IMG/VR virus record: IMGVR_UViG_3300021389_000012
Span: 1 to 64,000 of that record
From: a virus
DNA length: 64,000 bases
Direction: 5' to 3' (one strand)
The notes beneath the pieces were generated by a model, which searched no databases, was not told where the DNA came from, and was given only the letters and a program-made list of their open reading frames with translations. Both the position numbers and the translations under genes were made by a program. Positions 9,285 to 16,891 of this stretch are shown here, piece after piece (positions within the stretch are counted from its first letter, which is position 1; every line of letters begins with the position of its first letter).

Positions 9285-10307
9285 ATGTTTTTTGATAAAG
9301 CAGTAATTTTTACTGACATCCACTTCGGTATGAAGAATAACAGTAGATATCACAATCAAGATTGTGAAGATTTTATTATATGGATGATAGACGAGGCACA
9401 AAAACGAGGCATAAAAAAATGTTTCTTTCTAGGTGATTGGCATCACAACCGTGCAAGTATTAATGTTAGTACACTAAACTATACCACAAGTAATTTACGC
9501 AGACTAAGTGAATCATTTGAAGAAGTTATTATGATTACAGGCAATCACGATTTATATTATCGTGAGAAGCGTGAGATACATAGCTTATCAATGATTGAAG
9601 AATTTAAAAACATCAGAATGATAAACAATGAAATGTTTATCGAAGATGGTGTTGCATTTATTCCTTGGCTATGTGATGACGAGTGGAAAAAATTAAAAGA
9701 AGTTGAATGTAAATTTATGTTTGGTCATTTTGAGCTACCACAGTTTTATATGAATGCTCTTGTACAAATGCCAGACCATGGTGGATTAAAAGCAGAAGAC
9801 TTAGCAAAACCCGAAATGGTGTTTAGTGGTCACTTTCATAAAAGACAAAAGCGTGGTAATGTAATTTATCCAGGTAACTGCTTCCCTCATAACTATGCTG
9901 ATGCATGGGATGATGACAGAGGTTGTATGTTCTTAGATTGGGACGGCACTATTGAATACCAAGCATGGCCAGATGCACCAAAGTATCGCACACTAACATT
10001 GAGTAAACTAATTGACAACCCAGACAAGTACTTGGGCTCTAAGACACATGCTCGTGTTAGTTTAGATGTAGGCATTACATACGAAGAAGCAAACTTTATT
10101 AAAGAAACATTTGCTAAACAATATGACTTGCGTGAGATTAATCTTATGCCAAGTAAAAAAGAAGAACACACACAAGACTGGAACAAAGGTGTAGACATTC
10201 AAGTAGAAAATGTAGACACTATTGTATTATCGCAGCTCGAATCAGTACAAAGCGATACTATTAAGAAACAAATACTAGTAGACATTTATACAGGACTAAC
10301 AACTTAA
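9285..10307 (+). CDS. gp47: Recombination nuclease subunit gp47 (Mre11/SbcD-like)
   Basis: FTDIHFG, FLGDWHH, ITGNHD, FSGHFH metallophosphoesterase motifs. Confidence 0.93.
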   Translation: MFFDKAVIFTDIHFGMKNNSRYHNQDCEDFIIWMIDEAQKRGIKKCFFLGDWHHNRASINVSTLNYTTSNLRRLSESFEEVIMITGNHDLYYREKREIHSLSMIEEFKNIRMINNEMFIEDGVAFIPWLCDDEWKKLKEVECKFMFGHFELPQFYMNALVQMPDHGGLKAEDLAKPEMVFSGHFHKRQKRGNVIYPGNCFPHNYADAWDDDRGCMFLDWDGTIEYQAWPDAPKYRTLTLSKLIDNPDKYLGSKTHARVSLDVGITYEEANFIKETFAKQYDLREINLMPSKKEEHTQDWNKGVDIQVENVDTIVLSQLESVQSDTIKKQILVDIYTGLTT

Positions 10308-10309
10308 AC

Positions 10310-12085
10310 ATGCTAACAATTAAAAATATCACCGTAAAGAATTTTATGAGTGTGGGCAATGTCACACAGGCAGTTCACTTTGACAACGCAGGATTAACAC
10401 TTGTATTGGGTAACAACTTAGACTTAGGTGGCGATGGCTCTCGTAATGGTACAGGTAAAACTACTATTGTTAACGCACTCAGTTATGCACTATATGGTGC
10501 CGCACTTTATAATATTAAAAAAGATAATCTAGTTAACAAAACTAATAATAAAAATATGATGGTTACTGTTGACTTTGAAGTAAATGGTACACCATATAGA
10601 ATTGAGCGTGGACGTAAACCTAATATATTTAAATATCTAATCAACGATGTAGATAACAACGAAGGTATTACAGATGAGATGCAAGGCGAAGGTAGACAAA
10701 GTCAAGCAGTAATTGAACAACTACTAGGTATGAGTCATACAATGTTTAAGCACATTGTTGCACTAAACACTTACACCGATCCATTCCTAAGTATGCGAGC
10801 AAACGATCAGCGTGAAATGATTGAACAGTTGCTAGGTATTACTAAACTTAGTGAGAAGGCAGACATATTAAAAGACCTTCTTAAAGGTACTAAAGATAGA
10901 ATTACAGAAGAAACATACAGGATTAAAGGCATCGAGGATGCTAACGAACGTATTGGTAGTAGCATTAAAGATTTAGAGCGTAGACAAAAAACTTGGGCTA
11001 CTCAATTACAAGAACGCATACAAGAAAGTACTAGCGAACTATCTGCACTAGAACACATAGACATTGATGTAGAAATAACATCGCACGAAGAATTTACAAA
11101 ATTTAACGAAAAGAAGAATCAAATAGATACATTAACTGCCGAGATTGCTAGACTAACAAGTAGTGTTGAGCGTGAGAACAAGCGTTTAACTAAAGCACAA
11201 ACTGATCTAGATTCAACATTAGAACACAAATGTTATGCGTGTGGACAAGAAATACATGACGAACAACACGATAAAATTGTAATACAAAAAACAGAACTTG
11301 TAGATGAAAGTCAAAAACACATTGACGATGATAATCAATTGATTACAGAATACAATACTGCAATTGCAGACTTAGGAGAGTTAGGTACTGCACCACGCAC
11401 AGAGTATAACACATTACAAGAAGCATACAAACATCAAAGCAAAATGGATAAGTTACAAACTGCATTAAGCAATGCTAAAGAAGAAACTAATCCATACATA
11501 GAACAAATTGACAGTCTAAAAGAAACTGGCCTACAAGAAGTAAACTGGGCAGAGGTAAATAGACTTGAGGAACTAAGAGAGCATCAAGACTTTTTATTAA
11601 AACTATTAACTAACAAAGATAGTTTTATTCGTAAAAAGATTATTGAACAAAACTTGCAGTTCTTAAACACACGATTAGAATATTATATTACACGTTTAGG
11701 TTTGCCACATGAAGTACAATTTCAAAGTGACCTAACTGTAACTATTACACAACTTGGACAAGACTTAGACTTTGATAACTTGTCAAGAGGTGAGCGTAAC
11801 AGGTTAATACTTGGACTAAGTTGGAGTTTCCGTGATGTCTTTGAAAGTATGAACCACCCTATTAACTTTGTTTGTATTGACGAACTAGTTGATAGTGGAA
11901 TGGATACAATTGGTGTAGAAAGTGCATTGGGTGTATTAAAGAAGATGGAACGTGATAGACAAAAAAATATTCTACTTATCTCACATAGAGATGAGCTAGT
12001 TGGTCGTGTACAAAGTGTATTGCAAGTTACAAAAGAAAATGGCTTCACTACATTTAATACAGAGATAGAAGTAATTGATGCATAA
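10310..12085 (+). CDS. gp46: Recombination ATPase gp46 (Rad50/SbcC-like)
   Basis: KNFMSVGN, Walker A NGTGKTT, zinc hook CYAC, LSRGE signature, CIDE Walker B. Confidence 0.93.
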   Translation: MLTIKNITVKNFMSVGNVTQAVHFDNAGLTLVLGNNLDLGGDGSRNGTGKTTIVNALSYALYGAALYNIKKDNLVNKTNNKNMMVTVDFEVNGTPYRIERGRKPNIFKYLINDVDNNEGITDEMQGEGRQSQAVIEQLLGMSHTMFKHIVALNTYTDPFLSMRANDQREMIEQLLGITKLSEKADILKDLLKGTKDRITEETYRIKGIEDANERIGSSIKDLERRQKTWATQLQERIQESTSELSALEHIDIDVEITSHEEFTKFNEKKNQIDTLTAEIARLTSSVERENKRLTKAQTDLDSTLEHKCYACGQEIHDEQHDKIVIQKTELVDESQKHIDDDNQLITEYNTAIADLGELGTAPRTEYNTLQEAYKHQSKMDKLQTALSNAKEETNPYIEQIDSLKETGLQEVNWAEVNRLEELREHQDFLLKLLTNKDSFIRKKIIEQNLQFLNTRLEYYITRLGLPHEVQFQSDLTVTITQLGQDLDFDNLSRGERNRLILGLSWSFRDVFESMNHPINFVCIDELVDSGMDTIGVESALGVLKKMERDRQKNILLISHRDELVGRVQSVLQVTKENGFTTFNTEIEVIDA

Positions 12086-12245
12086 TCATTATGGTGAAGA
12101 AATACAAACTGAATTAGAGATAAATGATCCTACGTATGTATTATTACACGCACCAAACACAATAAATGAATCAACTTTGGGTGTAGACACATTAGAGATG
12201 ATTAGGAAAACAATCAATGAGTGGGTTGAAGAAGAACAACGGTAA
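12078..12245 (+). CDS. Small acidic hypothetical protein, 55 aa (not in ORF track)
   Basis: MHNHYGEEIQTELEINDPTYVLLHAPNTINESTLGVDTLEMIRKTINEWVEEEQR; start overlaps the gp46 3' end and fills the gap to the next gene. Confidence 0.5.
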   Translation: MHNHYGEEIQTELEINDPTYVLLHAPNTINESTLGVDTLEMIRKTINEWVEEEQR

Positions 12246-12669
12246 ATGTCCGTGGACTTACAACAATGAAGTTGTAGATGAACTTCCTGCTGACTGCGAA
12301 GGATTTGTTTATCTAATCACAAATACTACTAACAATAAGAAATACGTTGGTAAAAAACTAGCAAGATTTAAAACAACAAAGCCGCCTCTTAAAGGTAAAA
12401 AGAATAAAAGACGTGGAACAAAAGAAAGTGACTGGCAAACCTATTGGGGTTCATCAGATCATTTAAATGCAGACGTATTAACAATTGGCGAAGAAAACTT
12501 TACTAGAGAAATATTACATTATTGTCCTAGTAGAGGCGTACTAAGTTATATGGAAGCAAAAGAACAATTTGACCGTAGAGTATTAGAAACCGATGAATAC
12601 TACAACGGAATAATTAATGTAAGAGTAGGTAGTTCAAAGATTCTTACAGAACACTTAAAAAAAGGTTGA
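12217..12669 (+). CDS. Stand-alone GIY-YIG family nuclease
   Basis: GFVYLITN...KYVGKK, YWGSS, FTREIL...EAKEQF, YYNGII. Confidence 0.85.
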   Translation: MSGLKKNNGKCPWTYNNEVVDELPADCEGFVYLITNTTNNKKYVGKKLARFKTTKPPLKGKKNKRRGTKESDWQTYWGSSDHLNADVLTIGEENFTREILHYCPSRGVLSYMEAKEQFDRRVLETDEYYNGIINVRVGSSKILTEHLKKG

Positions 12670-12694
12670 CAACGCATAACTTTCTTGTTATTAT
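12666..12694 (+). promoter_or_regulatory. Sigma70-like promoter overlapping the GIY-YIG stop codon
   Basis: AAAGG-TTGACA-N17-TATTAT with TGn extended -10. Confidence 0.7.
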
Positions 12695-12840
12695 AACAAA
12701 AGTAGCGTTTTAACTTTGTTTGAAGCAAATAATTAAAGCATCAGATAATTAATAGTGTAAAACCAAAACTCACACAGACATAAAGTCAAGCAATTACTGG
12801 CACAGTTCAAACCACAATCAGGCTAATAAAAACTAACACA

Positions 12841-13165
12841 GGCTTCAAAGCTCCGATTGGTCGGCATAGGTCGACTCACCTTGAGGTTACGTAATCACGT
12901 GACTAGATACTGGTGTGCTTAATAATGTCAATACACTGATTTGACAAATCAAAAAGATCAAGCTCTACGAACGCTCGTAACTTGAGGATAGTCCAAAAGT
13001 CGATACCATGGCTTCGGATGTTTCTGCGTTAGAAAAGCAGTATGTAATAAGGGTACAGCGTAACCGCCCTTCCTAGGTGTTAAACTAGGTTTACTATGGT
13101 AATGTGGGTGCTGTTCTATGCCAAGAACTCATTTTACACTTGGCCCGTAGTAGGCTAAGTGTGAA
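12841..13165 (+). ncRNA. Large structured non-coding RNA candidate (family not recognised)
   Basis: 675-bp gap without a credible ORF; GC-richer core with nested helices 12863-69/13116-22, 12871-76/12998-13003, 13004-11/13094-101 and a 13-bp hairpin 13133-45/13153-65. Confidence 0.65.
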
Positions 13166-13344
13166 TAAAATATCTTGCCAAGTAACCATCTTATAATCAC
13201 ATAAATAATAGTAAGACATAATATTTACAATAATCACTATTAAACAAATATTAAAAGCGTAAGCAACATACAGTGAACAAAGCGTTAGCTTTGTGAAACT
13301 GATGATATCGTAGATATCAATTACATGAGAGAACAATAACACAT

Positions 13345-13788
13345 ATGACGTTGGACGAATTTCAGAGTAAATTTTTAGAGTTTACTGAAAAGCAAGTTGA
13401 ACCCCTTAAAGATGACGGATATCCAGTATGTCCGTATGCAAAAAGTGCCAGAATTAAACGGGCGTTGCAGTTCATTGATGGTCGTGATGATTTAACAGTA
13501 ATGGATACTTTTGATCCTGAAACATATCAAATGGGTATTGTTTGGTTAGGTGATATTGATGATATTACTCCTGTAGAAAAAATTTGCGAGGAGTACAGAA
13601 AAAAGAATCCACATCTCTTATACTTTACTAGTACAAGACAAAGTGGACATTTTGTTAAAAACTTTACTGATTGTGTGTTTATTCAACGTGCTAACGACTT
13701 GTTAGAAAAACGCAAACACTTACATGATAATACAAACTATTACGATAGTTGGCCCGAAGATTATTATAAACTAATAATGGGTCACTGA
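13345..13788 (+). CDS. Hypothetical protein (CPYA motif, possibly DUF1415-like)
   Basis: ORF with YPVCPYAK motif and phage-like composition. Confidence 0.6.
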   Translation: MTLDEFQSKFLEFTEKQVEPLKDDGYPVCPYAKSARIKRALQFIDGRDDLTVMDTFDPETYQMGIVWLGDIDDITPVEKICEEYRKKNPHLLYFTSTRQSGHFVKNFTDCVFIQRANDLLEKRKHLHDNTNYYDSWPEDYYKLIMGH

Positions 13789-14021
13789 GTAGGACCCTTC
13801 CTCATATTATTAATTTCTTCAACACGTTTATTCATACGTTCAATTAACAGTCTTATACTGTCAACTGGCATTGTCATAATATCTTGATAATTGATAGAAC
13901 CTTCGCTACGAATCACTATATCTAAATAGCTAGCTTCTGTATCTTTTAGAATTTTATTATAACGTTCAATTAGCTCTACGATTTGCTCGGGCTGACGAGA
14001 AGCTATCAGCCCCCGAAAAAA
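13782..14021 (-). CDS. C-terminal extension of the gp26-like protein (gp51/gpT-like), probably reached by -1 frameshift
   Basis: Helical ~77-aa frame overlapping the gp26-like stop, without a convincing own start; slippery T TTT TTC at the junction. Confidence 0.65.
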   Translation of the reverse strand, partial: FFRGLIASRQPEQIVELIERYNKILKDTEASYLDIVIRSEGSINYQDIMTMPVDSIRLLIERMNKRVEEINNMRKGPTQ

Positions 14022-14836
14022 TTTGCAATATCTAAATCTACACCAGTTTTCCAACTATGTCCACAATCTTGACAGTTAGCATTAAATTCAGTTTCTAATC
14101 CACTTTCACTTAATTCTTCTATCTTAGATTTGATTAGTTCATAATCTTTTTTAGTAATAGTTTGTAGCCATTCACGAATTGTTTCTTTGTCAGTAATCAA
14201 GTCAGTATCTTTGCCCTGAACACTTACAGTACTATTAGTAATTAAATCAACTGTAAGTTCTGCTATCTCAATAAATGTTTTTCCAAAAAGTTCCTGTTGC
14301 ATGGCCTCGTCAAGTTTTTGACTTGCTAATCCTTGTATCATTTTACTTTGTTTAATTTGCTGAATTTGAAGTATAGTTCTATCTTTTAACGTGTAAGGAT
14401 TACAAACAATTTTAAATTCACTTGGCAATGTTATACTTTTTTCGACAGGCTCTTTTTTAGCCTTTGATAACATTATGTTTGCATCTAACTGTAATTGATT
14501 TTCATATTCACATTTGGGACATTTAACATCCATTTCAATATGTTTACCATAGCTTGCTTGTCTAATCCCTACTAAGATTACAAGTAAATCACTTACTGGC
14601 ATTGATTCTGGATTTTCAATGTCAGGGCAACAACTTTTAATCAAACTTATTGTAGCTTCTCCGTTAAACAAAGCATCTGGTGTCTTAGTTATAAGTTCAT
14701 CCCTTGCTGTCATGGCATACACAGCTAGCTCGTTATCTATACTAAGTTTTGGCTTTGTTTCATAATATTCACCGTTACTTGGTAATGGAACATATAAAGC
14801 AGGCTTTCTGTATGCTTGAATTAATGGGTTTGTCAT
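14006..14836 (-). CDS. gp26: Baseplate hub assembly / tail assembly chaperone, gp26-like
   Basis: YVPLPSNGEYY, VYAMTARDELITKTPDALFNG, IRQASYG, CPKC and CQDCGH, ends NFF. Confidence 0.8.
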   Translation of the reverse strand: MTNPLIQAYRKPALYVPLPSNGEYYETKPKLSIDNELAVYAMTARDELITKTPDALFNGEATISLIKSCCPDIENPESMPVSDLLVILVGIRQASYGKHIEMDVKCPKCEYENQLQLDANIMLSKAKKEPVEKSITLPSEFKIVCNPYTLKDRTILQIQQIKQSKMIQGLASQKLDEAMQQELFGKTFIEIAELTVDLITNSTVSVQGKDTDLITDKETIREWLQTITKKDYELIKSKIEELSESGLETEFNANCQDCGHSWKTGVDLDIANFFGG

Positions 14837-14938
14837 AATTTGTATTTCTCCAATTATCTACATAGTTTATGATTTCCATAAATAGTAGTATATACAATAG
14901 TATTTATCTGAATTAAAATACCACTTAATAGGAATAAC

Positions 14939-16891
14939 ATGAACCAAGAAGATATCAATAACATATTAGCTAGTTTGCCACCCTGGGTAACTGAAACTAC
15001 ACTACAATCAGTGAGCTCCAGTATGTTCAAGCAAAATGTTAATATGTCTTCTGTAGCGGCAGTATTAAGCAAAAAAGATGCTGCTACAATCAGAGAGATG
15101 GTTGATGACGCTAAAAAAAGTGAGCAACAATCAGATAAACTAGGTGACGCATCAGTTAAAGCTGCACAAATAGCCAGTGGCGCAATGGGTAAAATTATGA
15201 GTAGCAGTCAGCCAGCTAATGCAGTTGCAGAACTTTCACATGAAGCAGCCAAACTATTAGCAAATGCAGGTATCGGGTTATCCAATATGGGAACAGGTCT
15301 TGGAAAATGGTCTAATATATTAAAAGGAATATCCAGGCATGCAGGTACTCCACTTGTAGTTGGTACAGGGTTAGGTGTATTATTTGCAGGAATGTTAACA
15401 GAGCAAACAAAACAAGCACAAAAATTAATTAGCTTTGGTGCCGTAGTTGCTGATACAGAACACTGGAACTACCTTAGACATGCTACTAGAGATTTAGGTA
15501 TGGGGTTAAAAGATTTTGAAGGTGTTATGCAAGAAGCTAAACCATTTATAGTACAAGCCGAAGGTAATGCATTTAATGGTGCATTAAAGTTAGCCGAATT
15601 TGCAAAAGCCGTTGATGCTGATAAAACATTTCGAGACTATGGTATGGGTTTACAAGACCAAACTAGAGTTATTGCACAAGAAATTGAAACATTATTTGAG
15701 TTAGGAGAAATTACTGAATTTAATAATAAAACTAAAGAACGTGTAATTAGATCATATGCTTCAGCAAATAAACTTGCAATGTTTACAGGTGATATCTTTG
15801 GTATGCAACGAGACGAAGCACTAAGACTTAGAGAAGAAGCAAGAAATAGTGTTGATCTAAGAGTGTCAGTAAAACAAAATGCACAGCATATCAATGACAC
15901 ATTTGGTGAACATGCATCAGAGTACATTGAACAAGCAGCTGGTATGGTTCATCCTATACTTACACAATTATTAGGAACAGACTTTGCAAATAAAATAAAA
16001 ACCATGCATGAGAGTTTTGTTGGTGATATTGAGTTTGATCAAACAGCAGCAAATGATATAACAGGAGAAATGGTAAAAACATTAGCACGTTCGCCAGATG
16101 CAACTCCGGCACTGATTAAACTTGTTGAACAAATGGGTACAGGACAATTAAAAAATGAAAAAGAAGTACTAGAGGCCATTAAACCTCTTATATCAGCAAT
16201 TTCGGATACTGCAATGTCAATAACTACTTCAGATCCAAATCTAGAAGAATTAAATCAGATAATAGCTAACTTAACAACTGCCGCAGGCTCTGAGGCTTTT
16301 TTACAATCAGATACAGATGTAATGTTGTCAAATTATTATGCTAATTTTGCCGATGCATCTGACACTAGCGTTGAAGTAATAAATAATTTAACAGTTGCAT
16401 TTCAAAACATGCAAGAATTATTAACACCAGGGTTTGATACATTATCTGGAGGATTTACTTTACTATCAGACGGTATGATGACATTTGGTAAAGCAATAAG
16501 TAAAGCGTTCAATGATGGTGATGATTCACATTTTAAATTAAATTTAAAAGAGTTTGAAGATAAAAGAATAGAAAAGCGTTTATCAATGGTAAACGAACAC
16601 AATATAGACTCTAACATAGAAATAGTTGACATGCAATTAAAAACGTTAAATGAACAGCTTAAACTAAATGAAGAGTTACAAAAGTCTGGAGTGACTCCAG
16701 AGGTTGTAGATGAAGAAACTGGCGAAGTAACTGGCGGCGTGGCTTTTGAAGAAGAAGATAAATTTATACTTAAACAACAAGCGTTGCAATTAAAAGAGTC
16801 TATTCTAGATACAACTGACTACCTGCAATTATTAAGAGATAAAGATGCAAAATTGGATGCTAAAAAGGAGGCGACAGTAGTAGATGGCTGA
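14939..16891 (+). CDS. Tape-measure-like helical protein 1
   Basis: Long Ala/Gln/Leu-rich helical protein beside hub chaperone and upstream of portal. Confidence 0.55.
   Translation: MNQEDINNILASLPPWVTETTLQSVSSSMFKQNVNMSSVAAVLSKKDAATIREMVDDAKKSEQQSDKLGDASVKAAQIASGAMGKIMSSSQPANAVAELSHEAAKLLANAGIGLSNMGTGLGKWSNILKGISRHAGTPLVVGTGLGVLFAGMLTEQTKQAQKLISFGAVVADTEHWNYLRHATRDLGMGLKDFEGVMQEAKPFIVQAEGNAFNGALKLAEFAKAVDADKTFRDYGMGLQDQTRVIAQEIETLFELGEITEFNNKTKERVIRSYASANKLAMFTGDIFGMQRDEALRLREEARNSVDLRVSVKQNAQHINDTFGEHASEYIEQAAGMVHPILTQLLGTDFANKIKTMHESFVGDIEFDQTAANDITGEMVKTLARSPDATPALIKLVEQMGTGQLKNEKEVLEAIKPLISAISDTAMSITTSDPNLEELNQIIANLTTAAGSEAFLQSDTDVMLSNYYANFADASDTSVEVINNLTVAFQNMQELLTPGFDTLSGGFTLLSDGMMTFGKAISKAFNDGDDSHFKLNLKEFEDKRIEKRLSMVNEHNIDSNIEIVDMQLKTLNEQLKLNEELQKSGVTPEVVDEETGEVTGGVAFEEEDKFILKQQALQLKESILDTTDYLQLLRDKDAKLDAKKEATVVDG

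Noticed and set aside
12243-12260. Possible +1 frameshift start of the GIY-YIG gene (TAA ATG TCC G TGG ACT TAC)
   Set aside because: An in-frame ATG at 12217 with an AGGA SD already explains the gene; no slippery signal
12880-12995. Group I intron: GACTA (12901-05)/TAGTC (12989-93) resembles P7
   Set aside because: No room for a P4-P6 domain before it, J8/7 does not match, and no interrupted gene flanks it; kept only as an unclassified structured RNA
13291-13325. Hammerhead ribozyme core (CTGATGA plus stem)
   Set aside because: The stem is followed by TCAA, not the required GAAA, and stems I/III are missing
13094-13342. 82-aa minus-strand ORF in the ncRNA gap
   Set aside because: No SD, composition unlike phage proteins, overlaps the paired RNA region
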